Below, one piece after another: positions 53,284-64,000 of a stretch of 64,000 nucleotides of DNA (positions are counted from its first letter, which is position 1; every line of letters starts with the position of its first letter). The notes under the pieces were generated by a model. That model saw nothing but the letters and a program-made list of their open reading frames with translations. It made no database searches and was not told the DNA's origin. The position numbers and the translations under genes were made by a program. Source of the stretch: Tricharina praecox (Eukaryota); assembly GCF_024521635.1 (NCBI RefSeq), contig NW_026250403.1, positions 2,852,001 through 2,916,000 of the forward strand, written 5' to 3'.

Positions 53284-56200
53284 CGCCAGTGCCCGTACCA
53301 GTACCAGTGCGGCGCGGTGCGGTACGCACGGTATGTATGTAGTAAGTTGAGATGTATCTAGCATAGTTACTTTGGTATGTGGGGTGGGGTGGGGAAGTAG
53401 GTATTGGCTGAAGCGGCGGCCCAGCATATGTATGGTATGTAAACACCATATGTACTCCACTCGAGTACCGCTCCACTCGAGCGCCGCCCATCCGTCAAAG
53501 ACCAGGTTCACTCCGCAGCTCTATCGCATCAGAGATTTTATTTCATTTTTTTGAGGGGGTGGGAGGGTGGAGGGTGGAGGAGGAAGGGGAGTGGAGCTGC
53601 ACGGTATCTACTCTACTACGGAGTAGTAGGTACAGTGTGGAGCTGGAAGCTTCCTGCCGACCGATCAGATCCCGTGAACACACGAGCAGGAAGCAGAAAG
53701 CAGGAAGCAGGAAGCAGTATTTACCTATCGATCCATCCATCCATCCATCACTTATTTAGTCTGCTTGCTGCTTGCTGCTGTAGCTCCGAGTCGTCGCTGT
53801 GGCGACCCCCCGATTCCCCCGCGCGGACGGACGACTCTGCCGATAGGATGTAGTTAGGTAGGCCAGTCGCAATTCTGCCTGTTTGAAGGCATCTCATTCT
53901 CGCACTCACGAATCCCGCAGCTGCAAGCCTGCCTACCTGCCTGCCTCTGCCTGGCGGCGCGGATGTAAAGTTGTTGGGAGCCGAGAGAGCGAGCGAGCGA
54001 GGGGGCGAATACTAGTAGTTAGCCCCGGCTACCAATCATAACTGCGGGCCTATGTATGTACGGCAACCCCCGCCCATTCTGTGTATGCATGGTAGATAAG
54101 TCGAGTACATGTGTACCGTGTATACATAGGCGGAACGGGAAGTTGTATCAGCAGCAGCAGCAGCAGTCGGACTGGGCTTACTTACATACAGACGGTACGG
54201 CAACAGCTTCGATTGCAAAAGTTGCAACCAGGGAACTGGCTGGACTTGCAACTGGGCTGCATGGATGGCTTGAGACATTTATAGCCAAAGATGATGAGCC
54301 GCGTATCCTCGGCATCACAACAACACCTCCCACCACCAATACCAACACCATACACAAGTATTGACCCTTCAGAGAGAGAGAGCTCCGTGGCCCGTGGCCC
54401 AGCAATCCAAACCGCCTCGGTCGTCGTCTTGTTGTTGGGGGGCGGTAAGGACTGCGAGCGTGCGTGCGAGCGTGCGTGCGTCCGTTGGTTGGTCGTTCCG
54501 GTACATACCGTAACTGGGGAAAGCTGGGGAACTGGGGACTGGGGGTGAATTTAAATTTTAGAGTAGAGTGCCTTGATACTAGCTACGGTAGAGTACTATG
54601 GCAATTGGCACGATTGTGGTCACTCGCCCGCCCGGTAACTGTGGAGCAAACCTTCGTCCGCATGCCTACTCTACTCTACCTAACCTGTTGCTGCCGCTGC
54701 TGCTACCTGTGATAGTTGGATGGATGGATGGACGGGCCCCATCATGCGTACTTCACATACCTGGGTGGGTAAAAGTACTTGGCTGGCTATCTACTGTGCC
54801 GCAAGCGCATCACGGCAGCTAACTCGGCCTGGAGGCTGGAATGCCCAATTCCCTTTCCCTTTCCCTTTCCCTTTCCATATACCAACACGAATCCCGGCCG
54901 GTTCCAACTCTATGTACAGTACACGCAGACGGGTTAGATGTCTACTATCATACCACATACCCAGTAGAGTACCTAGTACCCATCCTCACCCCAACCCCAA
55001 CCAAACCATGGATACTCTACATACCTGTTGGTTTTTATGTCTTATGCTATGCCATGCTATCCAGCATTCTCCCCTACATACCTTGCCATGTCTTGCCCTG
55101 CCCTGCCCTGCTGCCCAGTGCCCGGTGCCCGCGTCTCTCTCCTCCCGAGTCTCTTCTCGACCAAGTATCCGAAAGTCGTGTTTCAAAGCCCTGACAGGCA
55201 GGCAATGCAGCGCAGCAGCAGCAGGTCTCGTTGGATTTCGGGCAGAGACGTTGGCGGCGGAGGAGGCAGAGGACGGACCACGCGCTCCCACTGTCTCTCC
55301 CACTGTCTCTCCCACTCTCACTCCCACTGCCACTACTGCTGCCGCATCGTAGACTCGTAGTATCGCGGCCAATCACGCGCGCAGGAATAACGAACGACGG
55401 TTCGGGAAAGCCCTGACCCCCCGCTGATTGGTCGGCACGCTTCGATCGTCGGCGCGCTCCGTCCCCGTCTGGGAATCCGGGTCGAGGGCTATACTGAGCG
55501 CTCTGCTATGCATACATAAAAACCGTGCATGCCGTGCATACCGTAGATAGAAACCGGTAATCCAGAGGGCGAGAATTCATACTACCGGTACTAGTAGGTG
55601 GTAGGATCACTGCAGCGAGGCACGGTCCACCGGCGGGCGGGCTGGCGGGCGAGCGGACGGGTGGGTGGCATGCGTTTGATATGTAGAGCATGGACGGTAT
55701 GTACGGTACATGATGGCGCCGACGAACACCGAGAACTTGTGGCATGGTTGGTGCTCCTACGGTACATACCGTACTTACTTACCGTACATAAGTAGAGTAC
55801 CTACCAGTGGTCCCTCGGCTTCGAGGTTCATGGATCACGATTCTTCGCAGGCCCCACGCAGTTTCTCCCCATCCCCCGTTCCCCCGTTCCCCCGTTCCCC
55901 CGTCCCTCCCCCCCCCGTCCCTCTCCATGTACTCCACGCGGCGTGTGAGTGTGAGTGTGAGTGTGAGAACGAGAGAGACTGGACTGGACCGGGAAGATAT
56001 CGAACGACTAACCACGGACGGTACGGTTACTCGGAGGTTGGGTTGGGTTTGGTATGTATGATAGAGATGGATGCTGCTTTCTGTTACAGACTCAGTCTTG
56101 CAGTCTTGCAGAAGATCGACGGTGGAGTCCGTTTCGACCCTAGTTATATAGCCCATACATACCGCACATACAGGCAGGCAGTCCTAGCATACATGGGATA

Positions 56201-59200
56201 GAGTAGGTAGAGTGCTCTAACCACTCTAACTAACCAACTGATCAGACCACCCTCTACCACCTTACTCTGCCTTGCCTTGCTTTGCCTTGCCTTCCCCTTG
56301 CCCTTGTGCGGCCGTTATATGTCAAATATATGCCCCCCTCAAAAATTTGAGTGCCAATATCTTCGCTTCGAGCCGGGGGGCGGAAGTGCTGGTGGTGCTG
56401 GTGGCGGCGGTGGTGGCGAAGGTGCTGGTGCTGGTTGAGTGCTCGCCCACCGTTTATGATATATCCGTCCATCGACGGTTCCGGGGGAACGCAGTGTAGC
56501 CGGCATATGGTATGTGTGTAGGAGGAGAGGAGTTTCCTACGCACCGAACGATCGTGCTTGCAATTGGTCCTTAGTCCCTGGTCCATCTACGACCTACCTA
56601 ACCTACCTGGATGCTCTCTTTTTTTCTTTTCCTTTCTTTTTCTCCTCCTCCCTCACCTTTCCGGCTACCCAATTGCCCAGCCCAACTGCCCACAATCGTT
56701 GGATGACAGACCGGCAGACCGACCGACCGGCCAGTCCGCACCGCACCGCACCGCACCGCGCCGGACCAGGTAAACCAGTAGTCTAGAGTCCTGCTAGGGT
56801 AGTGTCGTCCACCGGTTGCTACGGTAGTTACTAAACCAGGTAGAACTAGCTGCTTAGCAGTGCACACACAAACTCGAGACCCATGGGCCATGATCCATCG
56901 GCCCGTGGTTATTTCCGCACACGACGGATGAGTGTGACTGGTCACTGGACACCTACCTGGATACCAAGATACCGACCTCTCCGCAGCAGAGCTTCTGTGT
57001 GTCCAGATTTCCGCGGGCTCTGGCGCTGACTGGTCACTGGCCATGGCCGCGGCCGGCTTCGAAGTTCGAACCAACAACTGAGCAGGTAAAGGTACCGTAG
57101 GCCAATGAGAGAATAACGTTTGGTATTGGATGTTGCGGCACAGAATTAGAGTAGAGTAACAAAAAAAACTCGAATCACTCCTTACCCTAAGCACCTACGG
57201 TATTTTGTGTTATGTTATGCGTGACAGAACGCAAAAAAGGAATAAAACATAACAAAAGAGAGAACGAAAGACCGCCAAGCCAAGGGTCACACTGCACCTT
57301 ACCGCAGCACAGCGTACCGTACCGCGCCGTACCGCACCGCTCCATATCTAACGGTTCCTGTTCGACCCCACGCCACACGCCACGCCACGCCAAAGCAAAG
57401 CAAAAAAAAAACGTGGGTGGCTCGGTCGAGAAGGTCCCCATGCTCAGATGGGTTATAGCGTGCTCTAGTCAATCTCTGGATGAGGCCAAGACGATCTTCA
57501 GGTTTTCCTGGAAGGGGAGCATGACCACGAGCATATCCACAAGCATACATATGATAGATTGGGGAACGGGGGGACGCTGTGGGCCAGCAGCCGGGCCAGG
57601 CAGGTCGGGTTTCTCATCTTTGCTCATCCGGGGTTGCGATTGGACACGGCGGCGAGAGCGAGCGAGCGAGAGTGAGTACTGGGTGCTTGGTAGGTGACTC
57701 GAGTAAGTAGAGGTCACTAACTAGCGGGCAGCAAAGGTTCACGGCTCAAAGCTGCAGCATCAGGTTTTGGTGGGTGGAGAAGGGAGGAAAGAAAAGAAAA
57801 GAAAAGAGAAAAGAAAAAATAGGTTATAGGGTAAGAGCGAAGAGTGTGAAGAGAGCAAAAGAGAGCGACTGTGCGAGGGTGTGGTCACAGTTGGTGTGGG
57901 GGGGAGCGAGGAAGGGAGGGAGGGAGGGAGTGGCAGGATGCCGGTTCATCCAGATGCAATCTGGGATTCGATGAAGGCCGTGCTTGCTGCATCTGCGTTA
58001 TGGTTTTCCCAACTAGCGTACCGCCGGAGCTTTAGCCGCTGCGAGTACCTGGTAGAGTACGAGCGTTTTGCTCTCTTCCCGCATATGCTCTACCTACACC
58101 CTAGATATTTTCTGCACCTTCCGTTCAAACTCAACCAACTTCAGCCCAGTCTAACCCCGGAGTGAGTGGGGCACCGACCCAGATACGATGCAGCACTCGA
58201 GCCGACAGACAGACAGATACTCCTCCTCCCGCACGGCCTGTGACTGACTATGGTATTCTCCCCGGCTCACGTACACTCTATAGTACCTACTCTACTCTAC
58301 TCTACACAAGCAACCACCGTATTCCGGAGTGAGTACACGAGTACCACGAGTATGGTACACGAGGACCACGAGGACCACGAGTAACTCCACGAGCACACGA
58401 GTGACTACACGAGCACATACCGTACATGCCGTACATGCCGTACACTGCGCCGTACATACGTTGGTACTATACCCACCTTATGCCGACGACGTCGTGTTCA
58501 TGCACCGGATGGACGGCGATAGATAACGCCTTCTCCCTCTCCGCTCGCTTTCTTGCGGCAGTTGATGGGCATTTCGTGTGGTGGTTGGCTCGGTCGAGGG
58601 TGGGGTGTGCGCGCGCGCGTTTCGCTATCCGGTATCGAAAACGGTTCAGCCTCCATGGAGCTTAGTTGCTGCCTGCTGCTGCGTTGGCGTTAGCCATTTA
58701 TGAGGGAGTAGTTGGTGAGTAGTGAGCCGTGAGACGTGAGTGAGTGGGTGAGGAGGTGGAGAAAGAGGGCACTTGCTGTAGGGTAAAATAGAGCAGAGTA
58801 GGGAAACTCTCTTCTCCGTGGCCGCCCGGCTATCTCTCCATCCATCCATTCCTCCATCTATCCATCCGCTCTTCCGTCGCATCAATCCGACTCGACTCGA
58901 TCCCGTAGTGCCATCTAAACGGCTGGTTTGGGGGGGGAGAAGTGTATCTACTATAAGGTACGATACGAGGATGCGAGAGGAGCGAGAAGCGCATTCTAAA
59001 CACCATACATACGGGGTGCGAGAGGAGTGAGAAGCGCATCTAACGACGCTACACACGTACGTACGTGGGTGAGAGGAACGCGAAGTGTCTCACCCTCTCA
59101 GGCCAGCCGGTTGTTTGAGACCGCCAACCGATCCGCATGCTTTATTCGCTACCGCTGCATATCCCGCCGGCCCCCATCCTTCGTTCCTAACAGCAACACC

Positions 59201-59988
59201 CCCAACCATGACCAGACACCTCACCCATATTCGCATATACCCAGATCTCTCACCCCTTCGTCCTCTTCGCCCCCAACAACAGCCAGACCTCCCCTTGCCC
59301 CCCTTCCCCCCATGCCAGATTCGACCCCGGGCTGGCGGACAGTAAGACGGAAGCAGGACGTATAGAGTAGCGTTAACTCGCTCCTTTCTTTCGTCTCCAC
59401 CAATTGCGAGCACAGGCGAAACGGTACGGTACTCTAGAGTGGAGCACACCACATGGCCTTCGCTATTTGCTTGCCTCCCCCCGTTCTGGAAATCTGCATC
59501 TTGTGCGCGGCCCTTCTTCCCCGATCTCCCTCCTACGCCATCCTCTAAAGTGCCAAAAACAGCCCCATGGTATATATCGTCATATACATATACACACGCG
59601 GCGTGCATGCCTCCCCCCCCCTCAAGCGATATAGGACTCGTGCTGCTCGAATGCAATCGCATCGTCTGGACGAGCAATTCCTGATTCTGCGAAGGGGGCC
59701 GTCTGGGAACGTGTGTGGGTGCGGCGGCGGCCGGTATTTAGAAGGTAGTAGTAGCAGCAGCAGCAGCAGCAGCAGCTCCTCTGCAGCAGGTGCAATCCAT
59801 GACCAGTGGTTCCCTGGTTCCACCCACTCCCCCACCCCCCTCCCCATACCTACTCCATACCTACTACTCCGCCCACTGTTCTGAATGGCCTGGGGAAACC
59901 GGGCATCGTGACTGGAGCTGAATCCGACTCGCTGAGCTGCGTGTGCGTGCTCAGCCTCAGGTCAAAATCGGAGAAAAACTGCCTCTCC

Positions 59989-60009
59989 GCCTGCCTGCCT
60001 ACCTGCTTG

Positions 60010-60059
<50 letters not shown>

Positions 60060-60064
60060 TGCTT
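59989..60064. repeat. (GCCT)n microsatellite
   Basis: Long imperfect tetramer tract, read directly. Confidence 0.9.
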
Positions 60065-60636
60065 GCTTCTCCACCCCCCATCGCACCCCGCCAATGGTGT
60101 CCATAGGCCCTCGAGTGGTAGACGCACACATGCTCACACGCACGATCAGGATATTAATCGATTAATCCTCCACGTTCATGCTTTCGGCCATCACGGAGCC
60201 CATCACATTCACCCACCCACCGCCGCGAAGAAAAGACAAGAAATGAAACGAGAAAAAAAACACGCAAAAAGCAGAATGGAAAAGAACAAGAAGAATAAGA
60301 AAATAAAAAAAGAAGGAAAAGGGGAGAGAGGTCAATCCAATTATCGACGACCCCCCACAAAACTGCAACGCAACGACCTGCATTTTTTTTATCTGGAGAT
60401 GGATCCATTGCATTTCCGCCACAGATAGACGGAAGAGCAGCCCAACAGCCCAGCGATCAGATACACGGCTTATTTTTTTCTTCCTCCCTTGCCGTTAATT
60501 CCCTTTCGGGCCAAATCCCGGTTTACCCTGGCTTTTCCATCGCCGTGGTGCCCGTGGCCATGTCTTGCTTTTGTCCAGCCAGGGCCACTTCTTTCTTTGC
60601 CGTGTCGACAGACCCTTTTCCACCCTGCCACCCTGC

Positions 60637-60840
60637 CTGCTCTGCTCTGCTCCGGTCTGCTCTGCTCTGGTCTGCTCTGGTCTGCTCTGGTCTGCTCTGG
60701 TCTGCTCTGGTCTGCTCTGCTCTACTCTCCATACCTGCTCACATATTCTACTCTATTATCTACACTCCACTCTATTCTACATACTCTATTCTACTCTACT
60801 CGGGTACTCTACCTACTCTACCCTACTTGCTCTACCCTAC
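60637..60840. repeat. Compound pentamer satellite, (TCTGC/TCTGG)n grading into (CTACT)n
   Basis: TCTGCTCTGG decamers at 60661-60710 followed by degenerate TACTC repeats. Confidence 0.85.
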
Positions 60841-61871
60841 TCACTTGCACACCACTCACACAATCGTTAGTCGCTGGCGCCAGGATCTTAGCCAGGTGAA
60901 CGCCGCCGCGAAACAATCCAAACCCTGGCCCGGCCGACTGCACTTCACTGCCTGCCCCCAGTAGCCCTTGTAGAAAGAAGAGTAGAGCACTCTACTAACC
61001 GTTCTCCGCTGGGCTTTCCTGCATACTTAGGTCAACCCTACTACTACCTGACATACATACATACCCACCGTCTCCCCTCCTCAACCGCAACCTTCTCTCC
61101 TTCTCCGTCGTCAGATCTCTGCCGCTTTCACCTCGCCTGCATCACGACGACCACCAGCACCCCCCGTCGTCCCTTTCCCGGCTTTCTTTACAGCTCCTCC
61201 TAACCTGTGTCTGTCCTTCCGCGCCTTTCGTCATTCCCTTTTGCTATCCGCGGCCACCCCCCAAACCCACCGCTCTCCCACCTTTTCAACCGCCTTCGAA
61301 TCCTCCGATTGCCCAACCCAACCTAACTCAACTCAACTCAACCCAACCCCTCCTCCCCCCCCCCCAAGCCCCCCCTCAAACAGTACAACTCTTCTACGAA
61401 TTCCGGACTGGATCTCGTCGTTCCATTCCGTCTACGGCTTTCCTGCCTCCACTAACGTTCCTGACGTTACCCCAACTTTGCTCAGGACGCGCTTGGCAGC
61501 CCAAACCCAACCTACAGACACCATAAGTAGCTTTTCTGGCCGATCCGGTACCATCCCAAAATACCCACATCGAAAAGGACACTCGGAAACTTAGGAGCGC
61601 AAATTTCTTCCTTGAAGAAGAAAAACTAGCTGGAAGGATCTGTGCGCGCGTAACGACAGCCGTCGCTTGAAAGGAAAGGAAAGGAAGGCACCGACACCCC
61701 CGTGGGACGATTCTGGGGCTGGACTTGGGATAGCGAACAGAGCAGAAGTCCAACAGGAGAAACGGGGACTGGTAAAGAGTGCCGGAGAACGAGTAGGAAA
61801 GGTTCAGGCAGTAAAACATCACACCACACGCACACAATTGAGTCGTAACCCAAGCGCGGGTGTGTGTGCAC

Positions 61872-61883
61872 ATGGGCAATTGA
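61872..61883 (+). promoter_or_regulatory. Candidate minimal uORF (Met-Gly-Asn-stop) in the vosA leader
   Basis: ATGGGCAATTGA; the only + strand ATG I found between 60563 and 62284. Confidence 0.45.
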
Positions 61884-62284
61884 AGGAGGACTCTGGATTC
61901 ATCAATCAGACGATTGACGACTAGAAGGCCTGTCGCCGGAAAAGACTGAGGATCCCATTTTGTCTCTGCGAAGCGTCATATTGCCAACAGTCTCGCGGCA
62001 ACACACTATCATCGGGTGTTCCGAATTTGTCGCCTTCGGAGAAGTTCATCGAGAACTTTAGGCAACCCTTTAGCCTTGTTATCGTCCCGGGGAGGTCTCG
62101 TGATACATCTTTGGACCCCCCCTCCCCTTCACTGCTCTCTCGGAGGTTAGGGGCATAAGGGCGGCACGCCATACAGGTTATCCGGTGAGGAGATCTGGCC
62201 ATCGGAAGGCAACTACTCGACAGCGGCCAAATCATCCTCCCATCTCCTCGTCCACATCCCGATTGGCTACGGGTGAACAGTTTG

Positions 62285-64000
62285 ATGAACTCTCACACAT
62301 TCGTCGACGCCTCTTCAAGAGTTGGAAGGCTGAGCAGGTAAACTTCCACCTTCGTATGGGATTCTTCGCGAAGAAAAAAAAAACTGACCCGGAGGTGCAG
62401 CGAGGACTATGACTTAATTATACGTCAAGGGCCCGAAAGAGCTCGGGTAGCTGGTGTCAAAGAGAAAGGTAGATGGGTCCCGTGCCACGGTCGGTCTCCG
62501 GTCCTAAACTCAACGATGCTGATGGCAATATGATAGATCGGAAACCCGTGGATCCTCCCCCGATCGTTCAGCTCAAAATCAGAGATGAAATGGATCCAGC
62601 CCAGTGAGTTTGGTATCCGCTGTTCGACCCGGCAAGTCATTCTGACCATTTTTCCGAATAGAAACTACCTCCAGAGCCCTTACTATTTCATGTGCTGCAA
62701 TCTTTACAGCGCAGTCCATGATGAACCCACATTGATCCCCCCACATCAAGCATTGGCCGGTACTCTGGTATCGTCCCTGCACAGATTGAAGGACATCGAC
62801 AATAGCGGTTTGACCCCTGCCAATCCTCCATTTGTGGACTGCTGCTGATGACTCAAAAGACGGTGGATTCTTCGTCTTCGGGGACTTGTCGGTCAAAATC
62901 GAGGGGGAATTCCGGTTGAAGTTCAGCCTCTTCGAGATGATGAAGTAAGTACCTCCTGACTGTCCGAGAGGTTTCCACATTACTCACACCTGGACCAGGA
63001 ATCAGGTGGTTCACATCAAATCGACTACCTCCGAGCCATTCACCGGTAAGCCATACCGCAGTCCCCTTGGTATCGTGTGTATTGGGCCGTCTAATTCTCT
63101 TCAGTCTACGCCGCCAAGAATTTCCCGGGAATGTCGGAGTCCACCTTTCTTTCTCGGTCTTTTGGCGATCAAGGAGTGAGACTGAGGATCAGAAAGGAGC
63201 CAAGGACATTACTGTGAGTTTTCACCCTACTTATTGGTTACCAATCGTTGATAACTTATTCACAGTAGAAAGCGGCCTCAACCACGACCAGAGGAGTATT
63301 CCGCCCGGCCATACAATCCGATGGGTCCCGACCCACGAGTAATGGGAGGCTATCAGCATCCGCCTGTATCCGGGTACTTGACGTCCCCCAGTCATGACTA
63401 CCCATCTCCATATTCGGACGGTGGGAAAAGGCAGCGTACGGACAATCATGTCAGTCCGCGACATTCAATCGATGCACGAGCGCCAGAACATCAATACATG
63501 GCTCGGGCATACGACCAGCAACACCAGCAGCCGCATCCGCAACATCCGCAACATCCGCAGCATCCTCAACATTATCAGCATCCTCAACAACCACAACCAC
63601 AACACCATCACCAGCAGCAGTCACAGCAGCAGCAGCAACCGCAGCCCTATATGTATCCTCCGGTATCCCAAGGGCAGTATCCCCCATACAGCGGCAACTA
63701 CAGCCAGCAACCACCCCCACCGCCTCTGCCACCTTCGACACAGTACGGGGCACCGCCACCCTCACCTGTACATTCGCTCCCCGATTCCTCTGCATACGGA
63801 CAGAGGGCGAACCCAACAGCTCAATCTCATTCTCCTTCACCTTACCATTCGCCCCGGACCCATACATATTCTCAGCAGCGCTCTCCACTTCCTCCGACGG
63901 TGGCACCGCAACCATCAACCCAGTTCAGATTTCCTCAACAACCCCTTCCCCACCAAGGAAGTGCACCTCCTCCGATAGCTCCACCACGGATCAACTCGCC
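62285..64000 (+). CDS. vosA: Velvet-family transcription factor, VosA-type (3' end beyond the window)
   Basis: Exons 62285-62337, 62401-62468, 62537-62603, 62662-62807, 62860-62944, 62999-63045, 63105-63213 and 63266/63269 to beyond 64000. Spliced velvet domain [109 protein letters not shown], then a Q/H/P-rich tail. Confidence 0.93.

Noticed and set aside
46969..62235. Numerous 60-265 aa ORFs in the desert upstream of vosA
   Set aside because: Microsatellite-driven translations, often with non-ATG starts and no recognisable domains or coherent exon chains.
63394..63978. 194-aa ORF at the window end
   Set aside because: Alternative frame of the vosA last exon; the spliced vosA frame stays open to 64000.

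Overview
This is eukaryotic genomic DNA from a filamentous ascomycete, with short GT-AG introns of about 50-100 nt and CTRAC/CTAAT branch points. A Pezizomycete-type lineage is my guess, not demonstrated. I reconstructed these genes by hand with in-frame splice junctions: an F-box/LRR protein, an Apd1-like thioredoxin-like ferredoxin, a stand-alone formin-type GTPase-binding-domain protein, a 1474-aa CDK-site-rich repetitive protein, an Emp47/ERGIC-53-like lectin, a Ser-rich orphan, LSM4, a DUF1992 protein, a probable membrane orphan, RIB3, MRP10, a SAS3-type MYST acetyltransferase, a small RING-H2 ORF, and a VosA-type velvet regulator that runs off the right edge. Long microsatellite-rich gene-free tracts lie at about 1.4-8.2 kb, 26.5-31.7 kb and 46.6-62.3 kb. 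The strongest leads are: (i) an uncharacterised large protein with about 21 CDK sites, an RVxF motif and an IQ-like motif, behind a dense MCB-like plus forkhead promoter; (ii) the vosA regulatory region, a 15.7-kb desert with at least 30 TAGAGTA/TACTCTA copies, an ATG-depleted leader holding one 3-codon uORF, and one weakly defined intron; (iii) a GGACGG/CCGTCC hairpin array at 450-920; (iv) a RING ORF whose start and stop codons each lie in a copy of a 14-bp direct repeat; (v) a decayed reading frame at 27.6-28.6 kb. I recognised no tRNA, rRNA, CRISPR array or transposase. All homology calls are from recall, not database searches.
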